Shown here one piece after another: positions 40,218 through 49,080 of a stretch of DNA of 64,000 nucleotides. The notes under the pieces are model-generated. The model did no database searches. It saw only the letters and a list, made by a program, of their open reading frames with translations, and was not told the origin of the DNA. The DNA is from Candidatus Poseidoniaceae archaeon (GTDB lineage: Archaea > Thermoplasmatota > Poseidoniia > Poseidoniales > Poseidoniaceae): assembly GCA_938084675.1 (NCBI GenBank), contig CALKGM010000005.1:30050-94049 (forward strand), given 5' to 3'. Each line of letters begins with the position of its first letter. Position 1 is the first letter of the stretch. The position numbers and the translations under genes were made by a program.

Positions 40218-42767
40218 TCAATCCTGTTCTTCATCGTCCTCTGGAACCATTTTCTTCACCGGTTTTTTGGTGACAGGAGTCAATGTCCCTTTCACTGGAC
40301 GTAATGCCGCAGTAGGCCGACCAACGGAAGCTGAAGGAGGAGGTCCCCGCTTCTTAGCAGGCATGAGCATGTGTCCAACCGGTGTAATAATGGCAGTTTC
40401 CGCACTGTCTTGGACAGGAGTAAGAACCCCACCAATTGGACGAAGAATTGTTTCTTCGAGAAGTTCTTCATCACGGGCCGTTACTTCTTCAGAAACCTCA
40501 GATGAGTGCTCTATGTCAGATTCCACTTCATCCACCACATCAGGAGCGATGTCCTCGGCTGGGAGTTCGGTCTCGGGCTCTGCGACTGGAATCGGTTCTT
40601 CAACAAGAGGCGGTTCCTCAACTGCGCTCGGCTCAACCATAGGTTGAACGATATCATGCTCTACCTCAGCCTCCTCCATCGCAATATCTTCTTGCGGAGT
40701 TATCGCTGCGGGAGGTTGACCGATGGGTTGGCGAACATTACGGACGGGTTGGGCCATTGGCTGGCGGACATTACGAATCGGTTGAACAATCGGCTGGGCG
40801 CTTACCAAGGGCTTCGCACTGGTTGACGGCGCCCTCATTCCACCAAGACCCAATCGGGATTCAGGTTGATTTTGCTGACCCATGATTCCACGCATAGGTC
40901 GCCCTGCTGCTGCTCCAAGACCGTCTGGACGGGCTCCAAGTGCTGAGGGGTCCATAGCGCCCGCACCAAACGCTGCTGGTGCTTGGCCAGAAATTGATTG
41001 CATCCACTTTTGGCGCTTTTCTGCCCTTGTATCGGTTGATTGCAAGGCATTGAATTCCTTTTCTCGGGATTGAAGTTCGGTTTCATCCATGTCAATTTCA
41101 GATTGAATTTGTTGACTAACCGCATCACGCATCTTTTCTTCAGCCATTTCCTTGAAGGAGTCCATCTTCTCTGAGAGTCCCTTCAAGCGATCACGGATTT
41201 CAGCACGTTTCAGGCCGAGTTGGCCTTCAATTTCCGCACGGATTTGAGATTCTCGCTTGCGAACATCGATGAGAGCCTTGTTCCGCATGATTTCTTCTCG
41301 CTTGTCGAGTTGGCGTTCAAGCTGAGTCGCAACTTCTTCTTCCTTACGGGTCTTGAAGTCACGGAGTCGCTCTTCCATTTCAACTTCCAACTCAAGAGTA
41401 GTTTCTTCCTTTAGGAGATCCAAATCTGTTTCATAGGTGAGGCGCTCGTTGCGCAATTGCGCATCGACTTCAGACATAATCGCCTTACGGGCAGCCGCTT
41501 CACGGGATTGATATTCCAGGTCAAGGCGCTCGGTCCAGTCGTTCTTATTTGCTCCATATTGGGCCTCAAGTTGGTCTCTAAGCTCCGCTTCCCTTTCGTA
41601 ACGATATCGCGAGAGACGGTTTTGAATCTCAGCCTCACGTGCATTACGGTAGGTTTGGAATTCATGTTCCATGCGGTGTTCAAGTTCCGCTTCAATCTCA
41701 TCTTTGAGTGAGCGGGAAATATCATCCACTGCTTTACTGAATGTGAGGTCGTACTTGGCCTTCAATCGGGATTTTCTTTCTGCTAGTTTGGCCGATTGTT
41801 GGCCGTCAAGCTCCTGCTCAATTTCGACACGTAGATCGCCTCTTCGTTTTGCAATGGCCAACTCTACATCCTCGCGCATTCGCTCTTCTAGATTATCAGT
41901 TTCCTTTCGGAGTTGGTGTTCAATATCTGTTTGAAGTTGTTGAGCAATATCTTCTTCAAGGCGCAAACTGCGTCGCTCAAATTCAACCTTTAAACGCGCC
42001 TCTCGTTGCTTGAGACGCTGTCGGAGTTGTTGTTCAAGGCGGGTGCGAATACCGCGGCGTAATTGGTCCTCTCGTTCGGAGAGAAGAGCCGCATGTCCTT
42101 CTTCTAAGCGAGATATTTCTCGCTCTTCCATTTCCACAAACCGCTCTTCCATTTCTTGGGTAAGCGTTGCTTCAATATCCCGAAGCCGATGTTGTAATTC
42201 TTGGTTATATTCAAGGGAAAGACGTTCTTTTTGGATTGAAAGACGGCGTTCATGTTCTTCATGCAGTTGAGTCTCAATCGTTGATTTTATCTCTTGTTTC
42301 CGTTCCTCAAGGAGTTTGTCCTGCTCGACTTCATGCTGATCTTTCAGTGAACTTACCTGACGATGGAGACGGAGGTCTAACTCCTGACGCATTCTAGATT
42401 CTTCTTGAGCCAATGCATCTCGTTCCAGTTGTTCAAGTTCCTGCTCCATGTTGCTTCGCAATTCATGCTCAAGAGCATCAAGCGTCATTTCATGTTGAGT
42501 TGCTAGGTCTTTGCTCACTGCTTCCTGCATGGCGTTGACTCGCTCGGTAATCGCTTGTTGACGAAGGCGACGTTCACGACGCAGATCAGCGCGCAGTCGC
42601 TCTTCTTGCCGAAACCGTGCTTGAGTCCCCAGCGCCTCATCAAGGCTTGAGGTTGAACTTGAGGTGAATTGGGAGCGAAGCGATGCAAGCGTAACGCGTT
42701 CCGTATTCTCTCGACGCATCTGCGCAGCCTTCACGGCCTCGTTGTCGTGGCTTTCGCTCACTGTCAT
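40218..42767 (-). CDS. About 850-aa coiled-coil protein with a low-complexity, repeat-bearing C-terminal region; family unknown
   Basis: ATG at 42767 (GTG at 42782 in the ORF track). Residues about 60-620 are E/R/L/Q-rich heptad-like sequence with no TM segment or P-loop. A tandem repeat QPI(V)RNVRQP lies at 40713-40796. Three P-[IV]-x-G-x-L-x-P motifs lie near the C-terminus (40272-40442). Confidence 0.7.
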   Translation of the reverse strand: MTVSESHDNEAVKAAQMRRENTERVTLASLRSQFTSSSTSSLDEALGTQARFRQEERLRADLRRERRLRQQAITERVNAMQEAVSKDLATQHEMTLDALEHELRSNMEQELEQLERDALAQEESRMRQELDLRLHRQVSSLKDQHEVEQDKLLEERKQEIKSTIETQLHEEHERRLSIQKERLSLEYNQELQHRLRDIEATLTQEMEERFVEMEEREISRLEEGHAALLSEREDQLRRGIRTRLEQQLRQRLKQREARLKVEFERRSLRLEEDIAQQLQTDIEHQLRKETDNLEERMREDVELAIAKRRGDLRVEIEQELDGQQSAKLAERKSRLKAKYDLTFSKAVDDISRSLKDEIEAELEHRMEHEFQTYRNAREAEIQNRLSRYRYEREAELRDQLEAQYGANKNDWTERLDLEYQSREAAARKAIMSEVDAQLRNERLTYETDLDLLKEETTLELEVEMEERLRDFKTRKEEEVATQLERQLDKREEIMRNKALIDVRKRESQIRAEIEGQLGLKRAEIRDRLKGLSEKMDSFKEMAEEKMRDAVSQQIQSEIDMDETELQSREKEFNALQSTDTRAEKRQKWMQSISGQAPAAFGAGAMDPSALGARPDGLGAAAGRPMRGIMGQQNQPESRLGLGGMRAPSTSAKPLVSAQPIVQPIRNVRQPMAQPVRNVRQPIGQPPAAITPQEDIAMEEAEVEHDIVQPMVEPSAVEEPPLVEEPIPVAEPETELPAEDIAPDVVDEVESDIEHSSEVSEEVTARDEELLEETILRPIGGVLTPVQDSAETAIITPVGHMLMPAKKRGPPPSASVGRPTAALRPVKGTLTPVTKKPVKKMVPEDDEEQD

Positions 42768-42878
42768 TGGAATCCCATCCACTTCTTCATGGACTTCTCT
42801 TCATAGATAAGGAGCGCGACGAAACCGAGGCATGAGGGAGCGCTTTCAACACCTAATTTTACCGCGCCGAGGCGTAAA

Positions 42879-43271
42879 TCAGAAGCGAACGGTGAATTCC
42901 GTGTCACAAGCAGGGCATTCAATCTCTCGTTTGCCGGGCCGACGCTTCATACGAAGTTGGCGGTTGCATCCTGGGCACGAAATCTCAACCCTTGGCGTCT
43001 GCTCTACGAGCGTAAAGTAGGTCTCACACATACCACACTTCAATTCTGCAGGACGTGTGTCTACACCAGCAACGAGTACTTTGGAGCATTCTGGACAACT
43101 GACCTTTTCTTCCATCCATTTCCGGCGAGTGACAGGGTGTTCAATACGCACCTTTGCCTCACAGAGCGTACAATTGATTTCTCCCAATTTCATCGGGAGC
43201 ATTCCTTTGCATTTGGGGCAAGAGAGGGGAGGAGGCGAAACTTTGGATTCAATTACGAACTCTTCGGACAT
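42879..43271 (-). CDS. Triple zinc-ribbon protein (MJ0042-like CPxC...CxxC modules x3)
   Basis: SCPKCKG-x13-CTLCEA, SCPECSK-x15-CGMCET and SCPGCNR-x14-CPACDT: 12 Cys in three equivalent modules over 130 aa. Confidence 0.7.
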   Translation of the reverse strand: MSEEFVIESKVSPPPLSCPKCKGMLPMKLGEINCTLCEAKVRIEHPVTRRKWMEEKVSCPECSKVLVAGVDTRPAELKCGMCETYFTLVEQTPRVEISCPGCNRQLRMKRRPGKREIECPACDTEFTVRF

Positions 43272-43287
43272 GCGAACACCTTGAAGA

Positions 43288-43797
43288 TCAGCGTTTCTTG
43301 GAGTATAAAACCAAGCGTTCAGGAATGAAATTCCATGGAATATCCAATGTCAAACCGAATTCATTCGAAAGACGTGCGATCAATTGTTTTGCACTCACTT
43401 GGTCTCGTGAACCTTCAAGGTCGAGAACAATGACTTCTCTACCTTCTTCATCAATAGCCAACGAAGCCATGGTGGCAACGGGTGATGCTGGGGCTGGAAG
43501 TGCGGGAGTTGGGGCTGGTGCTGTTTGGTTTCCCTCTGTCACATTGAGTAATTCAGGAAGGTCAACTCGTTGGTTCATTCGCCACCATCGGGCTCTTCCT
43601 TGGTCGCGATGATTCTCTACCAATTCAAGAGAGGCCAACTTTTTCAGGTGGTGATAGAGGTTGTATCGATCCACACCAACTGCCTTTTGCAACTGCACAG
43701 TGCTGCGTTCTTCGGCAGAGGCCAGTTCGATGTAGACGGCTCGGCGTGTAGGGTGGGCTAGAGCGGTCGTAATTGGGTCCCCTCGTACTCGTCCCAT
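43288..43797 (-). CDS. ArsR-type winged-helix transcription regulator with P/A linker and extra C-terminal domain
   Basis: ALAHPTRRAVYIELASAEERSTVQLQKAVGVDRYNLYHHLKKLASLELVE matches the ArsR/SmtB HTH core. There are no cysteines. APAPTPALPAPASP linker. Confidence 0.75.
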   Translation of the reverse strand: MGRVRGDPITTALAHPTRRAVYIELASAEERSTVQLQKAVGVDRYNLYHHLKKLASLELVENHRDQGRARWWRMNQRVDLPELLNVTEGNQTAPAPTPALPAPASPVATMASLAIDEEGREVIVLDLEGSRDQVSAKQLIARLSNEFGLTLDIPWNFIPERLVLYSKKR

Positions 43798-43849
43798 CGT
43801 CCCACCTAAATCGGAGATTGACTCTTAGGGTTTGAAGATGTCGCGTCAG

Positions 43850-46609
43850 TCAAACCGAAGTAACACTCTGCTTCGGACTGAAATACCGTTGTTTGAAGCA
43901 AGAAAATGCTTCCTTTGTATCGGCAATCATCGTGCGTAGTGTTTCTTTTAGCAGCACCAATGCTTCTCCATTTTGAGCAAGCCGAGCCCCATTCAGAATG
44001 ACAAGAATGACTGAGGCTTCGTGAATGAGAACACCAACCCAGAGTTGGTCGTACCACTGCTGCACAACTGCAAAGACCAACGTCAGCGTAATGGCCACGG
44101 AGAAAAAGAGATTCTGTATCAATGTCCGTTGTGCCCTCCTTGCAAGGTCAATCATATCTGTAAGCATGCTAGGGTCATCTCCGGGGATGAGAATGTCCGC
44201 AGCTTCTAGGTTCACCGACTCTCCGGTACCCACTGCAACCCCAACGTCTGCAACAGCAAGAGCCGCTGCATCATTGAATCCATCTCCAACCATCATTGTT
44301 ACGCTTGATTTCGACCGATTACGAACCCAATTGACCTTTTCTTCAGGACTGAGTCCCCCATGAGCGGCAGACTCCGGAAGACCTACCGAACGAGCAAATT
44401 GTGATACGGCTTCTTGATGGTCGCCGGACAAAATTTCCACACGAATGTTTCTGCTGTTCAACGATGCAATGAGCTTATCTGAACCTTGGCGGGTATCATC
44501 GTGAATGAATGTAGCAAGAGCGATGGCAACACCGTCTTTGGTCAGAAGACTAGCTCCGTAACCCTTTGATTGGGCTGCTTTGAAGGCGGTAGCCAAGGAA
44601 TCTTCAACCTCAATTCCCATGCCCTTTGCCTTATCGGGCCGTATGAAAGCAACCTTTGCACCCTTGTGTATCCCTTCAACACCAGCGTCAATATCGTTCA
44701 ACTGACGAAGACTTGCTGCCTTGGTACCTTCCGCTTCGCAGTGGGCAATCATAGCAAGCGCATACGGATGGGATGAACGTGCTTCGAGGCCCATCATCAG
44801 TTGCAATGCTGAATTCTTACGACGATTTTTACCCATCACAATTGAACCAACGGTCGGACGACCTGAGGTTAGGGTGCCAGTTTTGTCAAGCAGGACTGAA
44901 TTCACCCGAGCCATTCGTTCTAAAGCATCTCCACCACGAACAATAACTCCCTTGTGTGCTGCGTTTGAAAGCGCCGCTGCGTGGGGAACTGGAGTGGCGA
45001 GAAGGAGGGCGCAGGGGCATGAAACAACCCAAAGCAGGAGGATGATTTTCCAATCGTCTGGATAGATGAAATACCACACTGCAAAAGCTCCAAACAATAC
45101 GAAAGGAACCCAAATCGCCGTGAATTTTTCTATTCCGCTCTGCAGACGGGGTGGGGCTTCACGGAAGGAATGGACTGCATCAATCAAACCAGAAAGACGT
45201 GTTTCAGTACCTACTGCAATGACTTCGCAAATTACAGGACCCCGAGCCAAAACCAACCCTGCTTCGATTTCGTCACCAACGCCAACATCGACTGGAACCG
45301 ATTCACCAGTAAGTGGTGCTTTGTCCAAAGCGCCTTTCCCTTCAATGATTCGACCGTCAGCTGGAATCAATTCCCCGCTTCTAATTTCAATTTGATCACC
45401 GGGGTGAACCAAATCGATGGGGACGATTTCGGAATCTTGACTGGCTTCTACAGGAGTTCCAGCCATAGCAAGGGAAAAGCCGGAACTCGCCATTGGAAGA
45501 GAAAATCCAGTGGCTGTAGCGATGGCGTCGGGGTCGATGCAGACCTTGTCAGCCGTAAGTTTACGTGCAGTACGAGGCAATCGGTCTAAACCACCTTGCA
45601 TTGCTTGGCGAGCCTTGAGCAATGCATCACCCTCAAGGTGCGCCGTAAAGGCAACAAGAATTGCAACGATCAATGCCTCTTCCCACATTCCGAGAATGCC
45701 GGCACCAATAACTGCCAAACTCGTGAGAACTTGGAAGCCCATTTGCCGATTTTTGAGAGAGGCAAGCGCCTCTTTGAACATCTGGAGACCGCCCACAAAA
45801 ACCCCTGGAAGCGCAATAGCACCAACGACAAAGTGATTCAACCCAATGAATTCAGCCAAGATCACCAATCCAAGAATTGGAAGAGCAATCCCTCCACCTA
45901 TCAGCCTCCACTGGTCCGGACGGAGGCGGTTTGAACGGGCCACTGCAAAACGCGGTTCAACACCTGTAACATGATTGAGGGCTCGGTCTCTAGCCTCAAC
46001 CAATTCATGAGATGCATTAGCGACAAGTTGGATGAGAATTCTGTCGTCGTCACTTACTTCCGCATCGAGAACACCGGGTTGTTGCTTGAACAGGCGTACC
46101 AGTTTTTGGACAGGAACGGAGTTACGGTGAGCGACAGACTTCCCTCGTACACCAACCAGCTCGTGGTGCTCAACATCCGGAGCATGTCCGAGTGATCGAA
46201 GTACGGATGAGACGTCCGCAAGAGGGCCGTGCTCCAACTGCACGTCAAAACGGACCTCGCCGGAAGTTGCAGAGACATGCGGTGAGCTTACCTGTTTCAT
46301 GTGAGAAAGTGCACCCATGGCTTTTGAAGCGCAATCTGGACAATCCATTCCAAGCAGCGGCCAACTGACAGAGAAACTTCCTGAAAGGCTCTCCACTATG
46401 GTTGAATCCACGATTTCGCCCATCAAGACGGGTTCATCCTGCTGAATGTTTACAGGCTCTGCATCTTTCTTTTTTGAAGGAGTTTTGACCTTTGGAATAG
46501 GTTCATCATCTTCAAGTGACATGAAGACTTCATCTTTGGAGTCTCCCGCCATAAAAAATTCTAATCGCCTTGCATTCATCAATGCTCCCATTGATACCAC
46601 ACAAACCAT
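43850..46609 (-). CDS. P1B-type heavy-metal translocating ATPase, Zn/Cd/Pb-like signature
   Basis: HMA motif GMDCPDCASKA, TM6 SCPCALLLATP, DKTGTLT, GDGFNDAAAL, and the final-TM HEASVILVILNGARL (resembles ZntA/CadA HEGSTLLVILNALRL rather than the CopA MSSS type). Confidence 0.9.
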   Translation of the reverse strand: MVCVVSMGALMNARRLEFFMAGDSKDEVFMSLEDDEPIPKVKTPSKKKDAEPVNIQQDEPVLMGEIVDSTIVESLSGSFSVSWPLLGMDCPDCASKAMGALSHMKQVSSPHVSATSGEVRFDVQLEHGPLADVSSVLRSLGHAPDVEHHELVGVRGKSVAHRNSVPVQKLVRLFKQQPGVLDAEVSDDDRILIQLVANASHELVEARDRALNHVTGVEPRFAVARSNRLRPDQWRLIGGGIALPILGLVILAEFIGLNHFVVGAIALPGVFVGGLQMFKEALASLKNRQMGFQVLTSLAVIGAGILGMWEEALIVAILVAFTAHLEGDALLKARQAMQGGLDRLPRTARKLTADKVCIDPDAIATATGFSLPMASSGFSLAMAGTPVEASQDSEIVPIDLVHPGDQIEIRSGELIPADGRIIEGKGALDKAPLTGESVPVDVGVGDEIEAGLVLARGPVICEVIAVGTETRLSGLIDAVHSFREAPPRLQSGIEKFTAIWVPFVLFGAFAVWYFIYPDDWKIILLLWVVSCPCALLLATPVPHAAALSNAAHKGVIVRGGDALERMARVNSVLLDKTGTLTSGRPTVGSIVMGKNRRKNSALQLMMGLEARSSHPYALAMIAHCEAEGTKAASLRQLNDIDAGVEGIHKGAKVAFIRPDKAKGMGIEVEDSLATAFKAAQSKGYGASLLTKDGVAIALATFIHDDTRQGSDKLIASLNSRNIRVEILSGDHQEAVSQFARSVGLPESAAHGGLSPEEKVNWVRNRSKSSVTMMVGDGFNDAAALAVADVGVAVGTGESVNLEAADILIPGDDPSMLTDMIDLARRAQRTLIQNLFFSVAITLTLVFAVVQQWYDQLWVGVLIHEASVILVILNGARLAQNGEALVLLKETLRTMIADTKEAFSCFKQRYFSPKQSVTSV

Positions 46610-46656
46610 CCGCTTAAGGGCGAATCTTCATTCCGCTGGATTCCTTCGCCTGACTC

Positions 46657-47388
46657 ATGCAATGGTTACCTGATGGCTGGTACCCCCGTGTTGTCGCCGT
46701 TGATATTGACGGAACGCTTACCGATGAAAAGAAGCAACTGTCAACCGTCGCCATCAATTCTTTACGACGATTAGAAGAGCATGGCATTCCCGTTGTCCTG
46801 TCAACAGGAAATGTGCGTCCCGTAGCATACGGCCTCTGGAGGTTTTTAGGACTCAGCGGCCCTATTTGTTGCGAAAACGGAGGAGTCATATGGCATTCAA
46901 AGTGGGATGAGCCTTCAATTCGGGCGTCAGGCAATGAAGCTCATGATGCAGCAATATGGCTGGCAACGCAGATTGATGGTCTTGATGCAGAAGGCATTGA
47001 ATCCAATAAATGGAGGGAGAGCGAATGGTGTTTATTCCCCTACGAAGATCTTGAAAAAATTGAGGAAGCCATTGCGAATAGTGAATGGTCTCACCTCTCG
47101 GTCGTTCGTACTGGCTTTGCAATTCACTTGATGGACCCCGTGGTCAGTAAAGGCCAAGGCTTGGATGAAATGTGCCAGAGAGTCAATTGGGACAGGGAAC
47201 AAATGTTGTGTGTTGGCGACGCCCCCAACGACCTTTCAATGTTTGAATTCTGCCACTGGTCTGTCGCTGTTGGTGGTGCATTTGACGTAGTCAAAGAAGC
47301 CGCTGATGTCGTTTCTCCACTTCCCCACGGTGATACCTTTGGTCCACTTGTCGATGCGATCATCGATGCAAAAATAGCCTTGAGTTGA
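46657..47388 (+). CDS. HAD-IIB phosphatase, archaeal phosphoglycolate phosphatase-like
   Basis: VVAVDIDGTLTDEKKQLSTVAINSLRRLEEHGIPVVLSTGN...GPICCENGGVI parallels the TA0175-type PGP N-terminus. C-terminal GDAPNDLSMF. Confidence 0.75.
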   Translation: MQWLPDGWYPRVVAVDIDGTLTDEKKQLSTVAINSLRRLEEHGIPVVLSTGNVRPVAYGLWRFLGLSGPICCENGGVIWHSKWDEPSIRASGNEAHDAAIWLATQIDGLDAEGIESNKWRESEWCLFPYEDLEKIEEAIANSEWSHLSVVRTGFAIHLMDPVVSKGQGLDEMCQRVNWDREQMLCVGDAPNDLSMFEFCHWSVAVGGAFDVVKEAADVVSPLPHGDTFGPLVDAIIDAKIALS

Positions 47389-48152
47389 CGTTTATGTATC
47401 ACCGTAAGATGCTGGGGATTGACCTCGGCGGAAGCGGATTTCGAATCGGGATATTTGATTGTGAAACCGGGTCACTCCTGAAAGATTTCATCCAAGTTGA
47501 CCATGATGAATCACATCATCCTGATGTGGTTCTGCCTAAAATTTGTTCAGTTTTGGAGGCATTGCGCTGGAACGGCCCGATTGGACTTGGCTTCCCCGGT
47601 GCAGTAGGAGAACGTACCTTGATGACTGCACCAAACATTGGCAAAGAATGGCTTGATGCGACGGTTATTGAAACTCTCGAGGAGTGCTGTGGGGGTCCTG
47701 TTGCGCTCATAAACGACGCGGATGCGGTCGCTATTGCGGAAGTCAAGTTTGGGTCGGGCCGTGGTGAACAAGGCAGATTACTCACCCTGACCATAGGCAC
47801 GGGTTTGGGAACGACAATTCATGAAAAAGGGGTCCTTCTTCCGAACTTGGAATATGGTCTGGCCCCTCACCCAACACGGAAAGGAACACTGGAAGAACAT
47901 ATATCGGGCCGCGCAAGAACGGTGTTTGACCTCACACTCATTCAGTGGTCTCAACGATTTCAAGAAGGTCTTGACCACTTGTATGAAGAATTCAATCCCG
48001 ACCGTATCGTACTTTACGGAGGAATCATGGAACATTGGGATGAACTAAGACATCTACTCCACGCACCATGTCGTCTTCTTCCAGCAACTCATGCTCATAC
48101 GGCAGGAGCTTTGGGTGCAGCATTTTGCTCAACGCTTTCATCAAAACCCTGA
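47385..48152 (+). CDS. ROK-family sugar kinase, polyphosphate/ATP-glucokinase-like
   Basis: LGIDLGGSGFRIG, VALINDADAVAIAE, TIGTGLGTT...LLPNLEYG. No ROK zinc-Cys motif, as in PpgK. The TTG at 47385 overlaps the upstream TGA. Alternative ATGs lie at 47394 and 47412. Confidence 0.8.
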   Translation: MTFMYHRKMLGIDLGGSGFRIGIFDCETGSLLKDFIQVDHDESHHPDVVLPKICSVLEALRWNGPIGLGFPGAVGERTLMTAPNIGKEWLDATVIETLEECCGGPVALINDADAVAIAEVKFGSGRGEQGRLLTLTIGTGLGTTIHEKGVLLPNLEYGLAPHPTRKGTLEEHISGRARTVFDLTLIQWSQRFQEGLDHLYEEFNPDRIVLYGGIMEHWDELRHLLHAPCRLLPATHAHTAGALGAAFCSTLSSKP

Positions 48153-49034
48153 ACCCTCTTTGGTTAACTCAGAGAGTGTGAATGAAGTGACCATCTGCAT
48201 TGCTTGACCGTATTTCATTTGACCAACATACTCTTTGGATTTCCCGTGGGTGATCACCCGCAAACGGAATTTACACTTTTTCTTAGTTCGCCGCTTACGG
48301 TGATGTTTGTAAAAGTGGACACCGATTTTGTAGGTTCCAAGCGGGGCCTGTTCTTTCCAAACAACATTTTCAACCGGAGTGTTAGACACTGGACGGACGT
48401 TCATATCAACGTCAAGAATCCCGTCACAATCACTCATTTTATTGTTAAAGTAAATTCGTTCCCCTGACGGAGTGAACACGTGAAGGTCGAGGTCGTTGTA
48501 ATCGTCCCAAGCAAGAGAGATTTGAACCACACCTGATTCACCGCCTTCACGTTGAAGTCGTTCGTCAATATTGACCTCCTGTTCTTCATCCTCTTCAACT
48601 GCAACGATACCGCTACCAATGTGCTCCTCTGAAACCAAAGCAGCGTGCTGTACCAAAGGTAAGGCATGTGAATCAATCCAATGCCTTCGATTTTCAACTT
48701 CAGTGATGCGACTCTGTTCCTCATCTGCATCAGGGTCAGGTTCGGGTACTTCTGGTTGAATCAAACCGAGTTCCATGTGATTTTGGTCTCGGAAGTTATC
48801 GCGGACTCTCCAAGATTCTTGCTCGTGCTGAGGCATTTGAGAAATTTGAGGCAAGTTGATGACCAATCTCATACCTCCGCCAGTAGTGCTACGCAAACGG
48901 GTGGAAGTACTGTACTTTTCAGCTAACGCTAGGGCCCGAAGACGCTCATTTCGCCGTTTCCACGCACGAAAGCCATAGAGGATTCCCCCGGAGCCAAGAA
49001 CGAATCCAGCCCCTACTGTAATTGGTTCAACCAT
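48141..49034 (-). CDS. N-terminally membrane-anchored protein with a C-terminal DUF2135/YfaP-like domain
   Basis: N-terminal TM segment ITVGAGFVLGSGGILYGF. The C-terminal VVQISLAWDDYNDLDLHVFTPSGERIYFNNKMSDCDGILDVDMN...GTYKIGVHFY resembles the YfaP block LTWDTDNTDVDLHV-EP-GE (from memory). Confidence 0.5.
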   Translation of the reverse strand: MVEPITVGAGFVLGSGGILYGFRAWKRRNERLRALALAEKYSTSTRLRSTTGGGMRLVINLPQISQMPQHEQESWRVRDNFRDQNHMELGLIQPEVPEPDPDADEEQSRITEVENRRHWIDSHALPLVQHAALVSEEHIGSGIVAVEEDEEQEVNIDERLQREGGESGVVQISLAWDDYNDLDLHVFTPSGERIYFNNKMSDCDGILDVDMNVRPVSNTPVENVVWKEQAPLGTYKIGVHFYKHHRKRRTKKKCKFRLRVITHGKSKEYVGQMKYGQAMQMVTSFTLSELTKEGSGF

Positions 49035-49080
49035 TTACTGAACTCTCTCCTACTCCTATATGGGAGATGCGGTGGGATAC

